Assembly: GCA_951406725.2 (NCBI GenBank)
Contig: OX597824.1
Span: forward strand, 42,532,001-42,596,000
Length of the DNA: 64,000 nt
Reading direction: 5' to 3'
Source of the DNA: Octopus vulgaris
Taxonomy: Eukaryota
Below, piece after piece: positions 27,506-39,997 of the stretch; within the stretch, counting starts at the first letter, position 1, and every line of letters starts with the position of its first letter. The notes under the pieces are model-generated. The model made no database searches and was not told the origin of the DNA. It saw only the letters and a list, made by a program, of their open reading frames with translations. The translations under genes and the position numbers were made by a program.

Positions 27506-29263
27506 AATGTTTCCGTTGGTAGCCTAATAGAATAAACCGCTGTAATGTAAGAGAAATTTCGTTCAAAGATATACAAATGGATGAGATGAGGTGGATAACG
27601 TCAAACGCGAAGATTAAAAGAGAATAAATATATATAGTTCTTGTATGTTTCAATTACTTTAATACTATTATTTGGTTACTTGTAGTTAGGTCTATGCTGT
27701 CTTGAAAATATTTTAAACCAAACATCAGCGTATAAATCTTATTTACTGTCTCTGAAATATTTCCAATGAGACATTAAGACACATATACTGTTAAACTGCT
27801 CTGTTATTTTAAAGTCCAAATAATATTTACTGCCAATTCAGAACTGCTAGCCGACTTCACAAAAAGATTTGTAAACATTACAGCATACTTTATTCGGATG
27901 GTGGTTTACAGATACCCTCCAGGGACGCTGATAGAATACAATGATGTCATTGTGTTGTGGGACATTCAGATAAATACAGATTAGAGGCGTACTAGTAAAT
28001 TTACTGGAGATTGTAATAAAAGATCGTTGCAGCAAGCCCTGCACGTTGATGGATGTTGCATGTTTAAAGGCTTTCTAAATATAACACCTCGGATATGGCA
28101 GTTGATTATAAGTGGAGAATAAAGACAAAAACTGCTTCTATGATAAAAGAGACACAAGGGACAACAAGCTTCGGGATGTAGGATTTGCCAAGATTATGGA
28201 AAGAGAGAAATAATTTGAAGTGAGAGAAGGGGAAGTAGGTGTATATATATGTAGAGAGAGAGGGAGGGAGACTGTTTTCCGTTGAAGTACGTGCGATCAG
28301 AGAGAGAGAGAGAAAGGTGAGAGAGGGAGGTGAAAGAAAGAGGAGAGAGAATGGTAGAAGGAAGGAGAGAAAAGGAGGGTGGGAAGAATGCTGTCATTGT
28401 TGAACAAAATAATGCGCAATATTTCCGTTGGTAACTTAATAGAATAAATCGCAGTAATAAAAGAGAAATTTCGTTCACAGATATACAAATGGATGAGATG
28501 AGGTGAATAATGTTAAATAAACGCGAGGCAATAGACAATTCTCTACATACACGACGACAGATAAAATAGGTGAATCACGGATGCAACCAAATGAACTTAG
28601 GGTGAAAAGTGATGAACAAATTATTGTTAATGATGCTAGAACAACAGAAATGGAGTAAGAGGTGAGAGTGATGAACCGGAAAATTAGAGAAGTGTTAAAA
28701 ACTGGAAACGTATAAGGATCAGTTGTATGTATTATAAATTGATAGAAGGCAACTATAGGAAAATAGCATGGAATCAGGGAACATCTGAGTGAGTTGATGT
28801 AAAACAAATCTGAATAGAAAAGGAGAAAGGTTAGGGCGTGGAGGAAAACATGTATTTAAAGAGACGTCGGAAAAAGAAAGACCTGAACGAAATTAGGTGC
28901 TTTTATCGATAATGAAGGTAGAGTTATTGAATCGAAAAATAAGGGTTAGCTATTGTCTCTTTTTTTTTATTATCTTTTTTCTTGTTTCGGCCATTAGACT
29001 GCGGCCATGCTGGAGCACTGCCTTAAAGAATTTGCAGTCGAATGAATCGACTCCAGTACTTGTTTTTGTTTAAAACTGATACTTATTCTATCGACTCTTT
29101 GGCCGAACTGCTAAGTTACAGTAACATAAACACACCAACACCGGTTGTCAAGCGTTGGTGGAGGACACACACACACAGATATATACATACATATATATAT
29201 ATATTTCGTTTTGGGATTTGGTTTGCAAGATTCTTTATATGAGTTCGTGCGTTGAAGCATATT

Positions 29264-29513
29264 CTGTTGTGTCTGGGGAGAGTCATTCTCTTTTAGTGCC
29301 TTATTATATAACACACTCACTGGTAAAATTTCCACTTATTTCTTATTTTTCCATTTTCTAAAATTTTCGTTGCGTCTTGCAACCTTTTCAATAGTCTTGA
29401 TTCTCAAGAGAAAATTTAAAAAAATGAAAGAATAAGAAATAAGTGGAAAATTTACCGGTGAGTGTGTTAAATAATAAGGCACTAAGAGAGAATGACTCTC
29501 CCCAGACACAACA

Positions 29514-29514
<1 letters not shown>
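29264..29514. repeat. Inverted-repeat element (~105-bp arms)
   Basis: 29264-29368 is the reverse complement of 29410-29514; (TA)n follows. Confidence 0.9.
29358..29394 (-). ncRNA. Minimal hammerhead-like motif, U3-A8 variant
   Basis: CTA TTGAAAA g GTTGC aagac GCAAC GAAA A TT T TAG: 3-bp stem I, 5-bp stem II, loopless AAUU stem III. Confidence 0.5.
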
Positions 29515-29561
<47 letters not shown>

Positions 29562-29770
29562 TTATATATAGAGAATATGAGGGGTTTAGTTCACTTGTGA
29601 TCTAAACGAATAGGTATGCTGAGGCTGGATCTAGGAATCCTTATTAAAGCTCCGTTTTAGCCAGTATATATCATAGGTAAATTCACACTACCCTAATTAA
29701 ATTATTCTAAATGACTTGAGATACTCGTTCTACCTTGGTTTTGCTTTTTCCTCTAATATAATATAATATA

Positions 29771-29804
<34 letters not shown>

Positions 29805-30041
29805 CGATGGGCTTCTTTCAGTTTCCGTCTACCAAATCCACTCACAAGGCTTTGGTTGAGGCTATAGTAAGAGACACTTGCCCAAAGTACCACGCAATGG
29901 GACTGAACCTGGAACCATGTGGTTGGGAAGCAAACTTCACACCACACAGTCACGTCTGTCGTTGAAATTAAGGAGAAGATATCAAGAATTTATTAGGTAG
30001 CGAATACACTAATTTGAAAATATGGTCAGAATGGATATCTC

Positions 30042-30101
<60 letters not shown>

Positions 30102-30342
30102 TGCTTATTCATTTCAAACTCGAAGCAATTCTTTAATCGACAATTAGACTAATTGTCAATTAGACTTAGAGAATGTTCCAGAAAATGTGACTGGATACAA
30201 ATTATGATGCTCAAAACTTCTCTAGGAGTCTCTGTATTTCATAACAGTAATAGTGAGTAGAAAATCAATTGCAGCGTGGAAGGTGTTTATAAACCATTTA
30301 AAAAAAAATAAAACGTTAAATTCACTTCAACCTTTAAATTTA

Positions 30343-30396
30343 ATTTTTCAAAATATTTTCGTCGTTTTGAAACCGCGCGCTGTTCACTGACAAAAT
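30343..30396 (-). ncRNA. Minimal hammerhead-like motif, G3-C8 variant
   Basis: TTTGTCA GTGAACA G...C GAAA A TA T TT TGAAAAA: palindromic AAATATTT stem III; stem II partly decayed. Confidence 0.5.
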
Positions 30397-30552
30397 TCCG
30401 AGCTAAACTTATTTAGAATTTACATTATATATCTTGCTTCTATCTTTGGATTTGTTGATGAGCATTTCTTTTACCCTGGCCTATTTCATTAAGGTACTAA
30501 ATGAAACCTAAGATAGAGGGATGAAAAAAGTTGTTTCCGAGTAAAAGAGCAG

Positions 30553-31118
30553 GACGAAATTCTGGTTCAAGCACCCCATTTAACTCCTCCAACATTTTTT
30601 ATGGTTTAGAATTTTCAGAAAGTTCTTGCGAATTTTTGTTCTACATAAGGGAATTCATACGATTAGAGGAAATATTGTAAAAAATTTTTCAACACCTCCT
30701 CCCCCATAAATCCTAAAATTTCCGCTCTTTTTTCAATTCGTCTTTCTTTTTTTCTTTCTTTTTTTTTTAAATCAGAGTTTAAAATACGGGCAGCTCGAAT
30801 TTTTTGCTTAAATCCCAGTAATGGGTCACCTTTGAGTGTATCATCATTCAATTAAATGTGTTTAAGGAAAGAAAAATATTGAAAAACATCAATACATGTC
30901 AGAATGACAAAGAAACGAGGAAGGTATGAGGTGGTCGTGAGATGTGCTAAAAAATAATGGCTAAATCACCCTTCAATCACAAACACACAAAATAAATTTT
31001 CATTTTTTCATAACCGTATGAATTCCCCTGTGTAGAACACAAATTCGTCAAAAATCTTCTGAAAATTCAAAAGCAATTATGAGGGTGCGATATGGGAAGC
31101 TTAAACCAGAATTCCTCC
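30553..31118. mobile_element. Putative MITE with ~110-bp imperfect TIRs
   Basis: GAAATTCTGGTTCAAGC...GTTCTACATAAGGGAATTCATACG versus CGTATGAATTCCCCTGTGTAGAAC...GCTTAAACCAGAATTCC. Confidence 0.6.
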
Positions 31119-31417
31119 AAGAGTAAAATATGGAGCTTCAAAGGTGTATACCAATGTTGTGGAGTCTATGGTATGTACGATGTACGATGGGGGATGTACG
31201 ATGTACGATGGAGATAATAAATGTTTATTTTTTCTCCTTGATATTCAATTAACGTTTTCATCGCTCATCCCAGACTGCACGTCGAATGGCAACATGCCGG
31301 ACAATACAGTTATATCTTCTTGACACCTTGGTTCAAATACCGCTAGGTTCGATTTTGGTTTTCATTCCTACGAATTCGATCAAATAAGCAAGCGCCCCTT
31401 TTTGCTGTTGTTGTTGG

Positions 31418-31449
<32 letters not shown>

Positions 31450-32245
31450 CTGTTGTTGTTGTTGTTGTTGTTGTTGTTGGTTAGCTACGTGTTAGTCCTA
31501 ACTGAGAAGAGATATGTTTGAATCCATTCCAACTGTCACCAGCCTGTCGCCTTATGAGGTGTCCCGGAAGACTGCGATATGCGTCTTTCTTATTGAAGAA
31601 GCTAAAGCATGGTCTTCATCATGCATGTAACGACCTTGCCGAGTCATTTTTCATTGGCGCGTGTAAAATATACATCACATGCTTAAAAGGATGCTATTAC
31701 ATAAACTCGAATCATTTGCTCCACAGTTTTGTCTTTAAGCAAAATGTCGTCTGAAGTCACGAAGGTGCAATAGATGACGATAATTGTAGCAGTCATGTCG
31801 GTAGCGATGAAGTGTTTTGTTGCTTGTAGTGATTTTGGTGTGGGTGTTGGTGCGGGGAGTTTATATGGAGGAAACAGTTAATAGTCCAGATAATTATTCT
31901 CAGACTTCATAGAAAGATCTTCGCTTAAAACTGGGGAAAGTAAAAAAGACATACCCATTCATGTTTCTTTTTAACATAGATATTTTTTCTAGAATCCCCA
32001 ATTTAATGTAAATTTTTTTTACTATGTTTCCGCCAAACTTCACTCAATACTCCACGTTGTGCCCTATTAACTCTTACAAGGTCTTGAATATGTGTATTTG
32101 TTTATTTGTTTGCGCGCGCGTGTGTGTGTTGTGTGCATACATGTATGTATTGTGTATGTAAGTATATACGAATGTGTGTGAGTATGAACGTAAATATAAA
32201 TATATGTATGTATATACTTCGCTTTTGTATGTGTGTATATATATA

Positions 32246-32307
<62 letters not shown>

Positions 32308-32309
<2 letters not shown>

Positions 32310-32367
32310 CATGTGCCCAGTACCGATGAAGGATAAGACCCAGAAACCATGGTCTACTGGTCATGCC
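32308..32367 (+). ncRNA. Type I hammerhead ribozyme (near intact, U4C)
   Basis: GGCATG tgc CCAGTA CCGATGA aggataagaccca GAAA C CATG GTC TACTGG t CATGCC: 6+6-bp stem I, palindromic ACCATGGT, GUC site at 32352-32354. Confidence 0.7.
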
Positions 32368-32594
32368 AAGCTGGAGGGGACTTACTCGCTCCCTTACTCA
32401 CAATATATCTGACAAAGATTGTGTGCCATTCACCAGCTGGAAAAGACGCTTTCCTGGGGTTAAAATGTAGTAACATAGTTCTTTATAGAACAACCATGTT
32501 ATAGTGGCAAAAAAAAAAAAAAGAAAAAACGTTACCGTCTAGTATTGTTACTACTTATGTCTCGTTTAGAGATTTTGGAACAAGCTGCTCTACT

Positions 32595-32638
<44 letters not shown>

Positions 32639-32643
<5 letters not shown>

Positions 32644-33872
32644 GTCGGACAAAATAATGGAAAACATCTTGAAATTTCAAACAAATTCATTTTAATATGG
32701 GGTAGGACTGCCTTTAAAAGTAATTACAGCTTGAATTCTACGATGTATGGACCCGTACAAAGTTTGAATTGTTTCCAAAGGAATTTTTGTCCTTTCTTTA
32801 GCTAAAACAGTCTCCAGTTCTTGTGATGGTGGTAGAGGATATCGACTCCTATCTTATTTTTCTAAAATGCACCATAAATGTTCAATAATATTGAGATCTA
32901 GGGACTGTGGTGGCCAGATAAGATGTTCAACTTCACTAGAATGTTCTTCGTGCCATTCAGTAACAACTTTAGCTGTGTGAATTGGTGCATTAGCATCCAT
33001 AAAGATTGCATTTTCCCCAGGAAAAAGTTCCCAATCATAAGATGAAATCTGATCAGATAAAATGCTTAAATAGTCTTCACTATTAATTCTGCCATGAAGG
33101 GAAACCACTGGGCCGGGGGATTTCCAAGATATAGCCCACCAGATCATCACAGATCCTCCTCCATGTTGGAAGAAAGCAGCCTGGGTCAAATGCTTCTTTT
33201 GGCTGTCTCCACACGTATACTCGGCCGGTGGTCGGAAATAAGGTAAAGGATGACTCGTCCGAGAAAATAACATTCTTCCACTGTAGGTTTTTACTCCACT
33301 CTAAACGCTTTGTAACGTTTGTTTTTGAAAGTAGTGGTTTTCTGATTGCAGCCCTCCCGTGAAATTCGGCTTTGTGCAGCTCTCGGCGAGCAGTTTTTGT
33401 GGAAACTGGGTTCTCGAGTTGGTCATTAAGCTCTGCAGTAATTTTGGGAGCTGTACTTTTGTGATCCTTTCTAACAATTCGCATAAGAGTCCGATGGTCC
33501 CTATCTGAAAGTTTTGGTTTTCTTCCGGAATTTTGTTTCGATGAGGTTTTTCCCTCTTTCTCAAATGCTGTCATTACTTTCGAGACAGTACTTCGTGATA
33601 CACCAAGCATTTCGGCTGTTTTCATTACGCTAGCGCCTTCCATACGAGCACGAACAATTTGACCGCTTTGAAAGTTGATAATTCCGTCATTTTAATTAAC
33701 TGTTTCTAATGATATCTGAAAAGAAATAGCAATTTTAGCAAAACATATTAAGTAACACTAATAATAAATAATAAAAAAACATGAAAATAAACAAGCTTTT
33801 GACTGTTTTACAGATATTTCAAGATTATATTGCTATAATGCTAGGTGTTTCCATGATTTTGTCCAAACCCTG
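32639..33872 (-). mobile_element. Full-length Tc1-like (DD34E) transposon with frameshifted transposase
   Basis: ~30-bp TIRs (CAGGGTTTGGACAAAATCATGGAAACACC), inserted in (TA)n. Motifs GRKPKL, VIFSDESSF, GGGSVMIW, DANAPIH and WPPQSLDLNIIEHLW across ORFs 33083-33643 and 32854-33273. Confidence 0.92.
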
Positions 33873-33880
33873 TATATATG

Positions 33881-33949
<69 letters not shown>

Positions 33950-34178
33950 TTGTTATTCAATCCAAGGAAAATATATTCCTTCAAAAGGATGGAAAACATC
34001 CAATTTTCACTACTTCTTCAGTTAAATACCACAATATAGTAGAGGAAAAAATGAAGAACTTAAAATGGTATAATTTCAATATATAAATATTACAAGAATT
34101 AGAGAAATAAATTGACATATTATAAATTTATTATTGTTATAATATAATATAATATGCTATAATATAACAAATGATTAA

Positions 34179-34279
34179 AACAAATATATATCCTACAATT
34201 TGTTTTGATTGATATTCACAAGTGACTCTATAAAAAATTCACATTTATGTATATGAATCTCGTCAGGATAATATTTGTC
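34179..34279 (-). ncRNA. Hammerhead copy with inactivating G12A
   Basis: CTGACGA core at 34260-34266; GAAAC reads AAAAC. Confidence 0.65.
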
Positions 34280-34350
34280 AAAAATTTCATGCAAGGACTG
34301 CTAAATCATAAAATGATTTAGCAGTTCTTGAAACTTTTGTCTATCTTTTA

Positions 34351-34450
34351 GACAAATATTATCCTGATGAGATTCATATACATAAATGTGAACTTTTTAT
34401 AAATTTACTAATGGATATGAATCGAAACAAATTGTAGGTATATATTTGTT
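34351..34450 (+). ncRNA. Type I hammerhead ribozyme, intact core
   Basis: Stem I GACAAATATTATC/GGTA(t)ATATTTGTT; CTGATGA at 34364-34370; stem II GATTCATAT/ATATGAATC; GAAA at 34424-34427; C-aaatt-GTA. Predicted cleavage after 34436. Confidence 0.85.
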
Positions 34451-35361
34451 TTAATTATTTGTTGTATTATATATATATATAAATTTATATAAGTAAGGAT
34501 AAGATCAATATTTAAAATACCGATCTCTTATCAGGTGGCCAGCATGGGGATAAAAACCTCAAAGGTAATAATTAATATTAAAATTAAAATTAAGGGTATC
34601 TAGGAGATACCACCATGTTAGGAACAGCAGCCAAAACTTGACTCTAAAATCACATTTACTGTTCATACTCCAGCAGGAGAGAAGTTAAAGAGATAAAATA
34701 AACACTTTGACCAAAATCTTCAAATCTGGTGTTGCTTTTGTTACTACCTTCAGCTGTGATTATTTGATGGCAATTGTAGTGGGGTTCGTTGTTGTTAAGG
34801 AAACAGATCGTTTCAAGTTGCTGCCTGCCGTTGTAGTGCAAGCAATGCCGATCGTAATAATGGTACTGTTATGACTACTGAACAGTTTGCTGTTTGTTTT
34901 ATTGGTTTATTACTATTGTTTTTGTTAGGCATGTTTTTTATTGCTCCTGCTGGTGGTTTTGCAGTTGTCGTTATTGTCACGTGTTGCTGTGGAGCGGTAA
35001 TGGCGATGGTGTTTGGCAGATTGTCCTTTCTTTCATTATGTGGCACGTTTTGTTGCTAATGTCACTGATTTGGCCGCTCGTCGAAGTAGCGATGGAGTAG
35101 GTTTTTATTCTTTATACTTTGGGGAGACGAAATCTTCGATCAATGACCGAATGTATGGGGAGAGACGAAGAGCTAGCATCAATACTACTTTCCGCTTCTC
35201 CATCTAGTTGACTTACTATTAAAGTACCGCCATGTTTTAAATTTAAGTTTACCGAAAACAAAATTTTTAGAATTTTGCTCAAATTTATGCTCCAAAGGCG
35301 CAAGAGACAAGAGGGCCAACTTGTCCATCATGATGCTGGTTGATATAGCAATAGGCAAATA

Positions 35362-35790
35362 ACGCGGACGTGGTTGTGTGGTAAGAACCTTGATTCCCAA
35401 CTACATAGTTTTGGATTCAGTCCTACTGCATAGCACCTTGGGCAACTGTCTTTTACAATAGCTTTGAGCCAACCAAAAGCCTTGCGATTGGACTTGGCTG
35501 AAGGAAACTGAAAGAAGTCCATCGTGTATGTATGTGTGTGCGTGTGTGTATGTGTGTGTGTGAGAGAGAGAGAGTGTGTGTCTTCGTATCTGTGTATGTC
35601 CAACACCACCACTTGACAACCGGTGTTGGTGTATTTACGTCCCTGAAACCTTGTTGTTCGGCCGACACAATCAGGACAAGGCTTTAAAAGAATATGCACT
35701 GGGGTCGATTAACTTGACTAAAAATTCTTCAAGGCGGTACCCCATCATGGTCACAGTCTTATGACTGAAAGCAATTAAAAAATAAAAGAT
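35362..35790 (+). mobile_element. SINE family A copy (diverged)
   Basis: Head, internal (TG)/(GA) tract and tail as in 15695-16088. Confidence 0.75.
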
Positions 35791-37268
35791 AACTGATATT
35801 AATAATGGAAATACCTCTAGATCTACGAAAACTCTAAAACTATTGCATCGCATTAGAGTGCATGTTGTTAGTACAACGAATCATATTGGTAAAATGAATC
35901 AATTAGTACAATTTGTACATGTGTTAGTACAACGCATAGCATTAGTACAACGCACCAATTAGTCCAATTAGTACAATGCCTCGCATTAGAGTATATGTTA
36001 AATACAACAAACAACAACGATGATGTTAGTAATTTCTGTATCTGCCACTAGGGCGATGGGAAAGAGAGCATTTCAGGAACAAATTACAAAAAAACAGATG
36101 TGGATAATAAACATAAGATATTAATGTTTATCAAATAAAGACTATGAAAGGGGAAAAAGAAAATAAGGAAAAGGTTAAGTTACAGATAATGGGTGAAATA
36201 AAACGAGAGAAAACGAGAAAACACCACCGGTTCGTTCTTTCGGTTTCACTTCCGGTATATCAGAAGCAGGAGAGTGGTACGTCTTTCAAATCTTTTTTTT
36301 TTTTACTTTCATTCTTATTCTTATTATTTTCAATGAATGTTATAAATGATCGACAGCATTAAAACATTTTTCCACTAGCATCCCGTTCTGTCTGTGTGAT
36401 TGTATTATTCTCACAAAAGCACACACTAACGTGCGCGTCCTTTTTCTATTTTCTCTGTTTATACTGAAGGGAGGTAATAAAAATGTAGACTATAAGAAGT
36501 TAGAAGCGAACAAAATACGTCAACAAAGTGAGGACAAAAAAGGAACAGGATTTTTTGACGCAAAACATTTACATTTTCAAATATTATCTTTCACCAACTC
36601 CACCATCTTTCTCTCACTTCCTGCCTCCAACCCTGCCTTTAAATGGGAATGAAGAAAAGACTTAGTAAAAAGAAACTGTGATAGGCAAAGGGGAAAAACA
36701 GAGAGAATGAGAGATCGTGTGTGTGAGAGAGAGAGAGAGAGAGAGTAAAAGGGGAAGTGAGCAAAACTATCTCTGTTCAGGAATATTGAAATGAATAAAT
36801 TTGTTTCACAGTCACGCACACACGCACGCGCGCGCAGAGAGAGGAGGCGAGAGAAATTGAGAGTGACAGACAGACAGACAGAGAGAGTGAAGAAGATGAG
36901 CTCGATAAAAATACACATAGAGATTCACTCACTCTTCCCATTTCGTTTTCTCTCACTCACTTTCTGATTGCATCCGTCTCATACAAACACATATATACAA
37001 GTATACATACATATACAGCCATAGTCACACACACAGGCACACTCAATGCACTAACAAATACAAACAATGGAGAGAAATGGAGAGAATGGGAGAAGAAAAG
37101 AGGCCATAATGATCCGTTGTTATATGAAGCTTAAAGAGTAAAAGACCGGAAGTTGTCTTGCAAAGATAGTTTCGTGACTGCAATAAAAAGGTGCAGGATT
37201 GGTTGACAGAGATAAGGATTTTGTTTCCGGTTCTTCTTCTTCTTCTCCTCCTCCTCCACCTCCTCCTC

Positions 37269-37325
<57 letters not shown>

Positions 37326-38329
37326 GGCAAAATTGGCTGTGCTTGCCTCGGACTAAATGCCTTGCTGTATTTCTTCCAGCCCTTTCCATTCAGAGTTCAA
37401 ATTGCGTTGGGGTCAACTTTGTATTTCATCCTGCCAGGATCGATAAAATAAAGTACCTGCTTAGTTCCGCGATTCGATGTCATCGGCCAACTCCTCCCTC
37501 CAAATGCCCGCTTTGTGCTTCTATTAAGGGGGTGGCAGGTTGGTTGGAATCGTTAGAACGTCGGAAAAAGTGCTTAGCAGTTTTCTTTCCAATTCTTTTC
37601 GTTCTGAGTTCAATCCATCGGAGGTTAACTCAATTTTTTTTGTCCAGTGTGATAAAATAACTAGCCAGTCCAATTGATTTAATCGACAAACCACTCTTCT
37701 CCCACTACCTCCACCCTTTTAACTTTTTAGCCTTGTGCCATTGAAAGAAATTAACGATGAGTGTCCAACTGTGCGATCAAATACGCTACTCATTCAGTGA
37801 TTCAGCGTCCCCGTTGTTGAGCATTCCACTGATACATTTAGCCTCAACATAATTCTCAAATGGAATGAGTGTGACGCAGTGTGACAAGCTCTGGCCTTTG
37901 AATTAGTTTCTGTCTAACTAATTTTACCTACAAGGTTTGTTCAACTCGCAACTATGATAAAAGATGCTTGTTCAAGATGTCATGCGTGTCGGTGATATCA
38001 CTTCTGAAAAGGGGGCATTTGAAAAGAATGGCATTTTTTCAAACGCTCTGTCCCTATGTTTTGCTAAAAAGAAAATAACGGAAAGAGCACAGATTATGTT
38101 AGTCAAACACCAAATTTTGAACAGTGGTTTATTGCCCATATTTTTATGACATAAGCCCATCCAACATGTTCAACTTTTTTAGATATTTTCGTGGAGTACT
38201 AAACCCGATCTTTTAATTTTTTTCCCTGAAAACTACTAGAGAAAGCAATGACTTACTTTGAAGAAGATTTCTATAATTCATTTTTTTTTTTTCAGTATTT
38301 CCGCATTTAGAACTAGTTAGGTGTGTTTT

Positions 38330-39153
38330 TCATCTCGGACAGTCAATTGTGCAATTGGTGAGAGTAGGAGATATAACACGGAGGAAAATTTTCAGCTTAA
38401 AATTAAGTTACCAATTGAAGAGGTTGTCAATGGATTTGAAGATTTGTCAGATGAGGAAAGCATCCCTTCTGAGTTTATCATTTATTTTGAGAATTCATAC
38501 ATTGGGACTGTAAGAGGACGGGGTCTTCGTCGACAAAGAGAAACCCACAGTTTCCTATCCAACTTTGGAATGTACGCGACCGCATTTTAAATGACTTGCC
38601 AAGAGCAAAGAATTCGGTAGAAGGGTTCCACAATGATTTGCAGTCAACGATAACATCCACACATTCAAATTTGTGGAAACTTTGCAATGCTCTTTAGACT
38701 GAAGAAGGCTTAAGCCAGACGAAAATTGCGCACATTCGACGTGGGGACTCAACAACAAAAACAAAGTCCTATCAAATGGTTGATGCACGACTAAAGAAGC
38801 TAGTTGAGAATTATCAATCTGAAAACGCTCTGCAATTTTTAAGAAATATTGTACGCAATTTGTCATTAAAGAATTTCCTTCAAATATATTAACTTTTTTC
38901 ATAACTTTATTTTATGTAGTCACCATCATTTTTATGTAGATATGTTAATAAAATGTGAACTAAAACGTATTCATATTACCTATAGGGAAATTTACCGTAG
39001 GGGAATTTATCGTAGTGGAATTTACTGTAGTGGAATTTGCCGTAGTGAAATTTACCTCAGTGGAATTTACCTCAATGGAATTTATCATAGTGAAATTTAT
39101 TGTAGTGGAATTTACCATAGTAGAATTTACTGTAGTGGAATTTACCTAGAACC
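38330..39153 (+). mobile_element. MULE-type transposase C-terminal remnant with subterminal 15-bp tandem array
   Basis: FIIYFENSYIG...PQFPIQLWNVRDRILNDLPRAKNSVEGFH. About 11 copies of TGGAATTTACCGTAG at 38986-39150, ending TAGAACC. Confidence 0.7.
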
Positions 39154-39494
39154 ACACACATACACACACACACACACACAGTGTTATACAGATATACGTA
39201 CATACATACTCACACAAACACACACTCTCTCTCTCACACACACACATACACGTTATCATTTTTTATCTATTCGGCAGAATCGTTAGCATGCCGGGGAAAT
39301 GCTTAGCGGCATTTCGTCTGTTTTTACGTTTTGTGCTCAAAATCCGCCGAGGTCGACTTTGCCTGTCATCCTTTCGGGGTAGATAAATTAAGTACCAGTG
39401 AAACACTGGGATGTATGTAAGCAACAAATCCACACCACTACCAGCACCAAAATTTCGCACTTTATGTATATAATAGAAAGGATTATTATTTATT

Positions 39495-39732
39495 AACTTG
39501 TTTCAGTCACTGGTCTGCAGCCAGGGCACCGACTCAAAGAGTCTTTTAAGTCGAATGAATCAACTCCAGTACTTTTGTAAGCCTCATATTTACTACTTCG
39601 CAATCTTTTCTCGAACCGCCAAGTTACGGTGATGTAAAGGAACCAACACTGGTTGTCTGGGAGTGAGGAAACATACACACACATATGTATATTCATACAT
39701 ACACACACATATATATATACACATACATAGAT

Positions 39733-39795
<63 letters not shown>

Positions 39796-39964
39796 GTCAC
39801 AGGAATGGCTGTATGGTAAATAGCTTGCTTACCAACCACATGGTTCCTGGTTCAGTTCCACTGTGTGGTACCTTGGACGAGTGTTTTCTACTATACCCTC
39901 GGGCCGACGAAAGCCTTGTGAGTGGATTTGGTAGACGGAAACTGAAAGAATCCCGTCGTATATG

Positions 39965-39997
<33 letters not shown>

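Larger units (their letters stand above)
34158..34470. repeat. ~150-bp-arm palindromic element carrying two divergent hammerheads
   Basis: Arms meet at CAAGGACTGCTAAATCAT-aaa-ATGATTTAGCAGTTCTTG (34292-34330); AT-rich flanks. Confidence 0.9.

Noticed and set aside
36225-36280. ETS-like CACTTCCGGT promoter motif
   Set aside because: A short motif expected by chance, with no associated exon or TSS evidence.
38986-39153. CRISPR-like look of the 15-bp array
   Set aside because: The units are contiguous with no spacers, there are no cas genes, and the context is a eukaryotic transposon.
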